From the NCBI GenBank assembly GCA_012517645.1, contig JAAYUR010000104.1:1-25440 (forward strand): 25,440 bases of DNA, read 5' to 3'. This DNA comes from Treponema sp. (GTDB lineage Bacteria; Spirochaetota; Spirochaetia; Treponematales; UBA12059). The translations under genes were made by a program, and so were the position numbers. Below are positions 16,883 to 24,875 of the stretch, piece by piece. The stretch's first letter is position 1. Every line of letters begins with the position of its first letter. The notes under the pieces are model-generated. The model did no database searches. It saw only the letters and a program-made list of their open reading frames with translations, and was not told the DNA's origin.

Positions 16883-19156
16883 ATGGGGGAAACTCAGGAA
16901 CGGGTAGGACGGATGTCCGGGCGGTTCGGATCCTGGTACCTGGATCCGAAGGAGGTGGAGGGCGCCCGCATGAGCGCCCGGCTCCACCCCTACGACAAGC
17001 TCTTCTCCCCGATCCGGGTCAACCGGCTGGAGATCAAGAACCGGATCGTCCTTGCGCCCATGGGCAATTTCAGCATGGCCGAGGAGACGGGACGCCCTAG
17101 CTCCCGGATGGCGGAGTATTTCGCCGCCCGGGCGGCCGGGGGCGCGGGGCTTCTGACCTCCGGCCTCGTCCCGGTGAGCCACGGCATAGATCCCAGCGTG
17201 ACGGAGCCCGACGGCTTGTCCTATTTCCCCCGCATAGACCGGAGCCGCACGAATTTCGCGGGGTGGCGGGAGATCGCCTCCCGGTGCCGGGAGCATGGGG
17301 CTCGGTTTTTCATCCAGCTCACCCCGGGCCTTGGGCGGGTCGGCTCTCCGGAATGCCTGGTCACAAAGCGCCGACTCCCGGTTTCGGCATCCTGGAATCC
17401 CAACTTCTACATGCCCCTCGTCCCGTGCCGGCCCCTCTCGGACCGGGAGCTCCGGAGGATCGTGCGAAGGACCGGGCAGGCCGCGGCGGACGCCAAGGCC
17501 GCGGGGATCGACGGAGTCTACCTCCACGGCCACGAGGGGTATCTCCTGGAGCAGCTCTCCAACCGGGCCTTCAACCGGAGGAGGCTCGGGGCCTTCTCGG
17601 ACTGGAAGGCCTTCGGCACGGCCCTGGTGCGGGAGATCCGCGGGCGAACCGGGGACGAGTATCCCATCATGTACCGGATCGATCTATCCCTGGCCCTGGC
17701 GGAGACCTACGGGGACCGGATGCGGACGGTTCCCCGGCTCCGGCGTTTTGCGGGGGAGCGGGGCGCCGAGGAAACCCTGGATCTCCTGGAATCCTTGGTT
17801 GCCGCGGGCGTGGACCTGGTGGACGTGGACCTGGGCTGTTACGACAACTGGTGGCTGCCCCATCCACCGGGACCCATGCCCCCCGGCTGCTACCTGGACG
17901 CGGCGCGGATCGTGAAAGAACATTTTGAAAGGAAAGGCATACGCTCGAACGCGGGGCTGCAGGTTCCCGTGGTGGCGGTCGGAAAGCTCGGCTTCCCGGA
18001 CCTGGCGGAGCGCGCCCTCCGGGACGGGGCCTGCGACATGGTGATGCTGGGCCGACCCCTGCTGGCGGATCCCGAGTGGCCGAACAAGGCCTTCGCGGGC
18101 CGGGTCGATCGGATTCGGCCCTGCATCGGTGACCAGGAAGGCTGCCTGGGCGAGCTGGTGGAAGGCGGCCGGCCCTGCTGCGCCGTCAACCCCCGTACCG
18201 GCTTCGAGGACCGTTTGAACGGCTCGGAGCTCTCACCGGCACGCCGGCCGGGCAGGATAGCCGTGGTCGGGGCCGGTCCGGCGGGCGTCACCGCAGCCCT
18301 GGCGGCCTCCAGAAGGGGTCACCGGGTCACTCTGTTCGAGGCCCGCCGGGGGATCGGTGGGATGCTCGTGCCCGGGTCCCGTCCGGCGATCAAGTTCGAG
18401 GTGGCGAACTACCTGGAATGGCTTCAACGGGAGGTCGAGGGCGCTCGGGACGAAGGGAACCTAGCCCTGGAACTCGGCCGGGCTCCCACGGCGGCGGAGC
18501 TCAAATCCGGCGGCTATGACGCGATCGTCGTCGCCACAGGTTCCCGTCCGGTCCGGCCGGCTGTGCCCGGAATCGACGACCCCCGGGTCGTGCAGGCCGT
18601 CGACCTTCTGCGGGAACCGGAACGGGCTCGGGGTGTCCGACGGGCCGTGGTCGTAGGCGGCGGGACCGTGGGCTGCGAAACCGCCCTCTGGCTTGCCCGG
18701 GAGCTGGGAGTTCGGGAGCTCAGCCTGGTCGAGATGCTGCCCCGCCTGATGCCGGGCGTCTGCACCGCCAACCGCGGCTGGTTGATCCATTACATGGAGG
18801 AGGCGGGTGTCCGGCTTTGGAACTGCGCGCGGCTCGCCGAGGTCCGGAACGGCGAGGTTCGGGTAATCCGGAACGTCTCCCGCACCGTGCCGGATCCCCG
18901 GGTGACCTGGGAGCCCCTCCTGCCGGAGAACGTGCCCAATCCCTTCGCCCGCCGGATCCGGGTGGAGGAGCGCGAGGAGACCCTCGGGGCGGATATCGTT
19001 GTCCTTGCCGCGGGTGCCCGGCCTGAGGACGGGCTGTACAAGGAGTGCGTCGCGGCCTGCGCGGCCCCTCTGATACGGAACGTCGGGGACTCCCACAAGC
19101 CCGGGCGCGTCCTGGAAGCCGTCCGTTCGGGGTACGCGGCGGGTACTACCGTCTAG
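16883..19156 (+). CDS. NADH:flavin oxidoreductase (OYE barrel + Fe-S + FAD domain), 2-enoate reductase-like
   Basis: LFSPIRVNRLEIKNRIVLAPM, DGVYLHGHEGYLLEQL, LGRPLLADPEWPNK, PCIGDQEGC...CAVNP, VVGAGPAG, VVVGGGTVGCETA. Start uncertain (16883, 16913 or 16970). Confidence 0.88.
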   Translation: MGETQERVGRMSGRFGSWYLDPKEVEGARMSARLHPYDKLFSPIRVNRLEIKNRIVLAPMGNFSMAEETGRPSSRMAEYFAARAAGGAGLLTSGLVPVSHGIDPSVTEPDGLSYFPRIDRSRTNFAGWREIASRCREHGARFFIQLTPGLGRVGSPECLVTKRRLPVSASWNPNFYMPLVPCRPLSDRELRRIVRRTGQAAADAKAAGIDGVYLHGHEGYLLEQLSNRAFNRRRLGAFSDWKAFGTALVREIRGRTGDEYPIMYRIDLSLALAETYGDRMRTVPRLRRFAGERGAEETLDLLESLVAAGVDLVDVDLGCYDNWWLPHPPGPMPPGCYLDAARIVKEHFERKGIRSNAGLQVPVVAVGKLGFPDLAERALRDGACDMVMLGRPLLADPEWPNKAFAGRVDRIRPCIGDQEGCLGELVEGGRPCCAVNPRTGFEDRLNGSELSPARRPGRIAVVGAGPAGVTAALAASRRGHRVTLFEARRGIGGMLVPGSRPAIKFEVANYLEWLQREVEGARDEGNLALELGRAPTAAELKSGGYDAIVVATGSRPVRPAVPGIDDPRVVQAVDLLREPERARGVRRAVVVGGGTVGCETALWLARELGVRELSLVEMLPRLMPGVCTANRGWLIHYMEEAGVRLWNCARLAEVRNGEVRVIRNVSRTVPDPRVTWEPLLPENVPNPFARRIRVEEREETLGADIVVLAAGARPEDGLYKECVAACAAPLIRNVGDSHKPGRVLEAVRSGYAAGTTV

Positions 19157-19210
19157 CGGTCCCTCGGGGATACGTAGATCCGCGGAGGGTTCCGGTACGG
19201 CGCGCCGGGG

Positions 19211-21493
19211 TCATGCCTTGCCCGTTCGAACCATCTCCAGGTTTTTCCGGTACGTCGGAGAATCCGGAGCCAGGAGCACCGCGGTCTCCAGGAGGCGCTC
19301 CGAACGCTCCCGGTCGCCCAGGCGGAAACTGGCCAGTCCGAGCATGTTGAGCACCCGGGGATCCTCGGGGCGCTGGGCGCGGATCTCTTCCAGGAGTATG
19401 GACGCGGATCGTGCGTCCCCGGACTTGAGCAGGCGGCCGGCGCGGTCGAACCGGGCGGCCCAGTCTCCAGTCCGGGCTATGGCGGCGGTGGCTTCCGTGC
19501 GATACCCCAAGAATTGCGCCAGGAGCGCGGCCCGGTCGTCCGTCCGCGCGGCGCCCCGGCTGAAGGCGTCCACGTCGTCCATGAGCCCCTGGATGAAGTC
19601 CTCGGGTTTTGAGTCCCGGTTTCCCCGGACATACTCCATCAGACGGCCGTACTCGTAGAAATCGCCGTCCGGATCCCGGGCCTCCACGATGCCGTCGGTG
19701 AACATGAGCAGGAAATCCCCCGGCTCCATCCGGGTCCTGCCTTCCTCGAAGGCGAAATCCCCGCTGATTCCCAGGAGCTGTCCTCCCGCCACATCGAGCT
19801 TCTCGATGGTGCGGTCCTTCCGCACCAGCAGGACCGGGGGATGGCCGGCGTTCGAATAGGTCAGGGAGCCGTCCACCACGTCCAAAACGAGGTAGAACGC
19901 CGAGAGATAGTAGGTTTCCCCGCCGATGATCTCGTGGATCTCCTGGTTGACGGCCCTGCAGACTTCCGCGGGACCGTACCCGAGGCCCGCCTGGGTGCGG
20001 AAGGCGACCTTGGCCATGGCGGCCACCAGGGCCGCGGCCATGCCGTGGCCGGAAACATCCGCGATCAGCAGGGCGTAGCGGCGGCCGTCGATGGGAAGGA
20101 CGTCGTAGAGGTCCCCGCCCACCGCCTGCATGGCCACATACCGGCATCCGAACCTAAGCTCCGGAGCCGCAGGCAGGTCGACGGCCTGGGGGATGGTTTT
20201 CCTCTGGACCACCTCCGCCATCTGCATCTCCTTCTCCATTTGGAGGTTCCGTGCGGTCAGCTCCTTGTTCGCATGGTCCAGCTGGCGGGTCCTGTCCTCG
20301 ACCATCCTCTCCAGATTCTTGGAATAGTCTTCGATCTCCTTTCGCTGACCTTCGATGCGGGCGATGTTCTCCTTGAGGGATGCGGCGACCTGGTTGAAGA
20401 AGTCTCCGAGTTCCCCGAACTCGTCGCGGCTTTTTATCTGCACGTGCCAGGAAAGGTTGCCCTTGGCCAGCTCGATGGCTCCCCGCTTGAGCGCTTCGAT
20501 GGGCGCCGAGATCGCCCGGGCTTCCGCCAGGGCGAAGAGAACGGCCAGCAGGATGGCGGCTCCGAGGATGCCCAGGAGGGTCCCGTAGAACTCCAGCACC
20601 GGCCGCGCGATGTCCGAGTACTTCCCGTAGGTGACTACGGTCCAACTGGTGCGGGGAATGCGGCGGGCCGCCCAGTAGAGGTTCTTGCTTCGGTTGCGGC
20701 TCCAGGTCTCCGGGGTGCCCAGGATGGCCTCGTTCATGGCCGCCAGGGGGGTGCCGGGAGAGAAGATGTTTCCCGCCGGATCGTCCAATTTCAGGACGAG
20801 GGATTTGTCCTCGTGGGTTATGAAGGAGCCTTTCGCGTCGATGAGGTAGGTCTTCGACGAGGGCGTGTACTTTTGGACGGAAACAACCTCCGTCAGCCTG
20901 GAAATGTACATGTCCAGGGCAAGCACTCCCAGGAGTTTGCCGCTTTCATCCCGGACCGAGCGGGAGAGGGACACGACGATTTCCTTGGTGTTGGCGTCGA
21001 TGTAGGGATCGCTCATCACGGCCTGGTCCTCGTCCCGGGCCCGGACGAACCAGGGGCGGGACGGCCAGACGAAATCGGGCTCTGGGTTCCACTCGTCCGC
21101 ATCCACGTAATAGCCCCCGTTGGCGGTCCGGGTGACCCCGTCCTTGACGGAGGTGAACCGGGGATCGAAGGCCTCGGTCCCGTAGTAGATCCAGGCGACA
21201 TCCGGCTCCTCCCGAGTCTTGGCGATCAGGATGTCCAAGAGAGCCTCGGGGTTGTTCCGGTTTTGGAGCACCGAGTGCTTCAGGGTTTCCAGAATCTGGA
21301 ATTTATCCCCCAGCCAGGTCTCGAAATCCTTCGCCAGGATGCTCGTGTCCCGGCCGATGTTCCCGACCACGGCCCGTTCGACTGTGCCGACCAAGGTGAA
21401 GGAGACCAAGATCCCGATGCCCACGGTGATGACCGCGAACAGGAGGACGAGGGTTAGAAAGATGCGGGTACCTATGGGAAGGCGGACAGCCAT
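19211..21493 (-). CDS. Membrane sensor PP2C/SpoIIE-family phosphatase (TM-dCache-TM-HAMP-coiled coil-PP2C-TPR)
   Basis: Two TM segments, Cache motifs RPWFVRA and SDPYIDANT, HAMP (SRDEFGELGDFFN), PP2C motifs VGGDLYD, IADVSGHG, YSNAGHPP, FTDGIVEA, DDRAALL, then a TPR-like tail. ATG 21493 has a GGGAG RBS. Confidence 0.9.
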   Translation of the reverse strand: MAVRLPIGTRIFLTLVLLFAVITVGIGILVSFTLVGTVERAVVGNIGRDTSILAKDFETWLGDKFQILETLKHSVLQNRNNPEALLDILIAKTREEPDVAWIYYGTEAFDPRFTSVKDGVTRTANGGYYVDADEWNPEPDFVWPSRPWFVRARDEDQAVMSDPYIDANTKEIVVSLSRSVRDESGKLLGVLALDMYISRLTEVVSVQKYTPSSKTYLIDAKGSFITHEDKSLVLKLDDPAGNIFSPGTPLAAMNEAILGTPETWSRNRSKNLYWAARRIPRTSWTVVTYGKYSDIARPVLEFYGTLLGILGAAILLAVLFALAEARAISAPIEALKRGAIELAKGNLSWHVQIKSRDEFGELGDFFNQVAASLKENIARIEGQRKEIEDYSKNLERMVEDRTRQLDHANKELTARNLQMEKEMQMAEVVQRKTIPQAVDLPAAPELRFGCRYVAMQAVGGDLYDVLPIDGRRYALLIADVSGHGMAAALVAAMAKVAFRTQAGLGYGPAEVCRAVNQEIHEIIGGETYYLSAFYLVLDVVDGSLTYSNAGHPPVLLVRKDRTIEKLDVAGGQLLGISGDFAFEEGRTRMEPGDFLLMFTDGIVEARDPDGDFYEYGRLMEYVRGNRDSKPEDFIQGLMDDVDAFSRGAARTDDRAALLAQFLGYRTEATAAIARTGDWAARFDRAGRLLKSGDARSASILLEEIRAQRPEDPRVLNMLGLASFRLGDRERSERLLETAVLLAPDSPTYRKNLEMVRTGKA

Positions 21494-21528
21494 GGCGGAC
21501 TCCCTATGGAACACTGGTATCGGGAGGG

Positions 21529-21537
21529 ATTATAGCA
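21529..21537 (-). promoter_or_regulatory. Extended -10 promoter for the PP2C gene
   Basis: Minus strand TGcTATAAT (21537-21529), 35 nt upstream of the ATG. No -35 consensus; that position is occupied by the heptamer arm. Confidence 0.65.
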
Positions 21538-21541
21538 TACT

Positions 21542-21663
21542 GTGGACGGTGGACGGTGAACTGTGAACGGAAATGAAAAAACAGGGCGGTTGCCCTGCAT
21601 CCCTGGGGAGTCGATCGTGTCTGTGCGCATAATCGGCGCTTTCGAGCACCGTCCAACGTCCAC
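21542..21663. repeat. Heptamer-arm inverted element, copy B
   Basis: Left arm gtggacg gtggacg gtgaact gtgaacg (21542-69), 73 bp spacer, right arm cgagcac (degenerate) cgtccaa cgtccac (21643-63). Confidence 0.75.
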
Positions 21664-21676
21664 CGAAGGAGCCCCC

Positions 21677-22873
21677 ATGCCGTTCCCTCCCTTCTCCCGC
21701 CGCATTCCCGCCCCCCGGGAACCCAACGCCCTGGGGCGGGCCCTGGCCGAAGCCCGGGCTGCGGGCTGCCGGGTGATCAACCTAGCCGAGAGCAACCCGA
21801 CCCGCACGGGGGCGGCCCTGCCGGCGGATCGGGTCCTGGGCGCCGTTTCCCTGCCCGCCTGCCTATCCTACGAGCCGGATCCCCGGGGCCTTCCCGCCGC
21901 CCGGGACGCCGTCGCAGCCTGGTACGCCTCCCAAGGCGCTGCGGTCGCATCCGAGGACATCTTCCTGGCCGCCAGCACCTCCGAGGCGTACGGATGGCTC
22001 TTCAAGCTCCTCGCCGACCCGGGGGACGCCGTCCTGGTGCCCAAGCCAGGGTATCCGTTGTTCGAGTACCTGGCCGGCCTCGAGAACGTCGAAGCCGTCC
22101 CGTACACCCTGGAATACAGCCACCCCGGGGGTTGGCGGGTCGACCTGGACGCCCTGGAGTCCGCCGTACGGAGCCGGCTCCCTAAGGCCGTCATCCTCAT
22201 CCACCCCAACAATCCGACGGGTTCCTATATCCGGGCCTCGGAACGGCCTCGAATCCTGGGGCTGTGTCGGGAGGCCGGGGCGGCCGTCATCGCGGACGAG
22301 GTCTTTCTGCCCTATCCCCTGGACGACCCGGGGGAGGAGACCTTCGCGGGGGAGCGGGACCTGCCCTGCTTCGTCCTCAACGGTTTCTCCAAGCTCCTTG
22401 GGCTGCCCCAGATGAAGCTGGGCTGGATCGTCCTGGCGGGCCCCTCCGGGTATCGTGGGGAGGCGGCCGCGCGTCTTGAGATCATCGCGGACACCTACCT
22501 TTCCGCGGGAGCCCCCATCCTGAACGCCGCCCCGGAGCTACTCCCCCTGGCTTCCGGATTCACGAAGGAGCTTCGGCGGCGGCTCTCGACAAATCTCGCC
22601 GGGCTTCGGGGTCTCATGGAGGGGGAGGGGAGCCCCTACCGGGTGCTCCGGTGTTCCGGCGGCTGGACGGCGGTCCTGGAGGTGCCCCGGATCCTGTCCG
22701 AGGAGGACCTCGTCCTGGGGCTTCTACGGGAAGAAGGGGTCTTCGCCCATCCTGGGTACTTCTTCGACTTCCCCCGGGAGGCCTTCCTGGCCCTGAGCCT
22801 TCTGCCGAGGACGGAAGATTTTCAGGAAGGTGTCCAGCGCCTGCGCAGGTACTTGGACGGGCTTTTGAAGTAG
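21677..22873 (+). CDS. PLP-dependent aminotransferase, class I/II
   Basis: LADPGDAVLVPKPGYPLFEYL, IHPNNPTG, IADEVF, NGFSKLLGLPQMKLGW (PLP lysine). ATG 21677 follows AAGGAG, giving 398 aa. Confidence 0.9.
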   Translation: MPFPPFSRRIPAPREPNALGRALAEARAAGCRVINLAESNPTRTGAALPADRVLGAVSLPACLSYEPDPRGLPAARDAVAAWYASQGAAVASEDIFLAASTSEAYGWLFKLLADPGDAVLVPKPGYPLFEYLAGLENVEAVPYTLEYSHPGGWRVDLDALESAVRSRLPKAVILIHPNNPTGSYIRASERPRILGLCREAGAAVIADEVFLPYPLDDPGEETFAGERDLPCFVLNGFSKLLGLPQMKLGWIVLAGPSGYRGEAAARLEIIADTYLSAGAPILNAAPELLPLASGFTKELRRRLSTNLAGLRGLMEGEGSPYRVLRCSGGWTAVLEVPRILSEEDLVLGLLREEGVFAHPGYFFDFPREAFLALSLLPRTEDFQEGVQRLRRYLDGLLK

Positions 22874-22978
22874 AACCCGGGCCGGCGCGGGGATGCGGAC
22901 CTGGCCGAGGATCGGCGGGCCGCGGGAGGCGCGCGCCCCGGGCCTGGGGAACGGGCTTCGGGCCGGGGATCGGGACGC

Positions 22979-23007
22979 TTGCCCACGTACCGCCCGGTCG
23001 ATACTAT
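22979..23007 (+). promoter_or_regulatory. sigma70-like promoter for folD-folE2
   Basis: TTGCCC (22979-84), 17 nt, TACTAT (23002-07). The track's TTG start is this -35 box. Confidence 0.65.
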
Positions 23008-23071
23008 ACTCCTCAAGGAAACGGGGGTTGTCCAAGAATGCATCGAATCCCCCGCCGCCCGGGGAGGTCCC

Positions 23072-23944
23072 ATGGCTGCTGAGATCATCGACGGAAAGGC
23101 CTTGGCCGCATCGATACGGGAAAGCGTGAAAAAGCGGGCGTCCGCCCTTGCGGCCCGGGGCGTGGTGCCCGGCTTGGCGGTCATCCTGGTCGGCGAGGAC
23201 CCGGCCAGCGTTTCCTACGTCACCTCCAAGGAGAAAGCCTGCGAGGAGGCGGGGATGCGGAGCTTCGAGCGACGTCTGCCTGCCTCCACCCCCCAGGCCG
23301 AGCTGGTGTCCCTGGTGGAATCCTTCAACAGGGATCCTGCGGTCCACGGGATCCTGGTCCAGCTTCCCCTGCCGAGGCACATCGACGAGGACGCCGTCAT
23401 CGCGGCCATCTCCCCGGAAAAGGACGTGGACGGCTTCACCCCCGTGAACGTGGGACGGATGATCCTGGAGCAGCCCTGCTTTCTTCCCTGCACCCCCCAC
23501 GGCATCATTCGCTTGGTCGATCGAGCGGGGGTTCCCACCCGGGGCGCCCACGTGGTCATCGTAGGGCGGTCCAACATCGTGGGCAAGCCCCTGGCCAACT
23601 TATTCATCCGCAAGGAGCTCAACTCCACGGTGACCGTCTGCCATACGGGAACCAAGGACCTGGCCGAGCATACCCGCCGGGCGGATATCCTGATCGCCTG
23701 CGCCGGCCGGCCCCGCCTCGTCACCGGGGACATGATCAAGCCCGGGGCCTGCGTTATCGACGTGGGGGTCAACCGGGTGGAGGATCCTGGCGCGTCCAAG
23801 GGCTACCGCCTTGTGGGGGACGTGGATTTCGAATCCGCCCTGCCGGTCGCGGGCTCCATCACCCCCGTGCCCGGGGGTGTCGGTCCCATGACCATAGCCA
23901 TGCTCCTTTCCAACACTGTGGAATCCGCGGAGCGGACCGCCTAG
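23072..23944 (+). CDS. folD: Bifunctional methylenetetrahydrofolate dehydrogenase/cyclohydrolase
   Basis: [72 protein letters not shown]; 290 aa. Confidence 0.97.
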   Translation: MAAEIIDGKALAASIRESVKKRASALAARGVVPGLAVILVGEDPASVSYVTSKEKACEEAGMRSFERRLPASTPQAELVSLVESFNRDPAVHGILVQLPLPRHIDEDAVIAAISPEKDVDGFTPVNVGRMILEQPCFLPCTPHGIIRLVDRAGVPTRGAHVVIVGRSNIVGKPLANLFIRKELNSTVTVCHTGTKDLAEHTRRADILIACAGRPRLVTGDMIKPGACVIDVGVNRVEDPGASKGYRLVGDVDFESALPVAGSITPVPGGVGPMTIAMLLSNTVESAERTA

Positions 23945-23947
23945 AGC

Positions 23948-24721
23948 ATGATCGACATCCAGTCCATGCGGGACGAACGCCGCATCCCCATCCAGAAGGT
24001 CGGAGTCAAGGGCCTCCGGTACCCCATCATGCTCCGGGACAAGGAGCATGGAACCCAGTGGACCACCGCGGTCGCCAACCTCTACGCGGATCTCCCCCAC
24101 GATTTCAAGGGCACCCACATGAGCCGCTTCATCGAGGTCTTCAACGCCCATCGGGAGGACCTGTCCATGCCCAGGTTCCTCGGGATGTTGGGGGAGATCC
24201 GGCAGGCCCTGGACGCGGAGACCGCCTACTCGGACATACATTTCCCCTACTTCATCGAAAAGGCGGCTCCCGTTTCCGGCGCCAAGAGCGTGATGAGCTA
24301 CGACTGCGTCTATTCCGGCCGCGTATCCGACGAGGCCCGGTCCTTCCGGGTTTCCGTCGCGGTCCCCGTTCAGACCGTATGCCCCTGCTCAAAGGCGATA
24401 AGCGCCCAGGGGGCCCACAACCAGCGCGGGATCGTGACGGCGACGGTCGAGGTAGGTCCCTTTTTCTGGCTCGAGGACCTCATTTCGGTGATCGAGTCCG
24501 CCGCATCCTGCGGAGTCTACACCCTTCTCAAGCGGGACGATGAAAAGTACGTCACCGAGAAGGCCTTCGACAATCCCCGATTCGTGGAAGACGTCGTCCG
24601 GGACGCCCTCCGGAACATTGCGGGCATGGGGATCTTCAAGGGCTTTTCCGTGGAGGCGGAGAATTTCGAGAGCATCCACAACCACAGCGCGTACGCGTAT
24701 GTGGAATACGGTAAACAGTGA
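23948..24721 (+). CDS. folE2: GTP cyclohydrolase I type B
   Basis: 257 aa. IPIQKVGVKGLRYP, KGTHMSRF, VCPCSK, GAHNQRG, NPRFVEDVVR, ENFESIHNHSAYA. Confidence 0.95.
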   Translation: MIDIQSMRDERRIPIQKVGVKGLRYPIMLRDKEHGTQWTTAVANLYADLPHDFKGTHMSRFIEVFNAHREDLSMPRFLGMLGEIRQALDAETAYSDIHFPYFIEKAAPVSGAKSVMSYDCVYSGRVSDEARSFRVSVAVPVQTVCPCSKAISAQGAHNQRGIVTATVEVGPFFWLEDLISVIESAASCGVYTLLKRDDEKYVTEKAFDNPRFVEDVVRDALRNIAGMGIFKGFSVEAENFESIHNHSAYAYVEYGKQ

Positions 24722-24860
24722 ACGGTGGACGGTAGACGGATGTGTTTCGGCAGCTGACGGAATCGTCAGAGGCTATGGCGGGAATCGGCGGCGGTCCCTT
24801 TGTTTCATTTCCGTCCAGGGTCCACTGTTCACCGTCCACTGTTCACTGTTCACTGTCCAC
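24711..24860. repeat. Heptamer-arm inverted element, copy C
   Basis: Left arm gtaaaca gtgaacg gtggacg gtagacg (24711-38), 73 bp spacer, right arm cgtccag ggtccac tgttcac cgtccac tgttcac tgttcac tgtccac (24812-60). Confidence 0.88.
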
Positions 24861-24875
24861 CTCAAGGAGCCTCCC

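Noticed and set aside
19841-21457. 538-aa plus-strand ORF antisense to the PP2C gene, and similar shadows at 11055-12215, 9305-10258 and 6090-7265
   Set aside because: Each is fully overlapped by a well-supported opposite-strand gene and has no independent evidence.
21563-23071. Longer track starts for the aminotransferase (21563) and folD (22979), likewise fliG (12212) and PLC-like (13382)
   Set aside because: These codons lie inside the repeat arm or promoter boxes; downstream ATGs match family N-termini or have proper RBSs.
24739-24875. Possible ZMP/ZTP riboswitch before purH, and in the folD leader at 23014-23071
   Set aside because: The context fits and fragments resemble it (ATGGCGGG, CCGTCC, GCCGCCCGGG), but I could not find the P1/P2 helices or the GGCG/CGCC pseudoknot pair. 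An Rfam scan would settle it.
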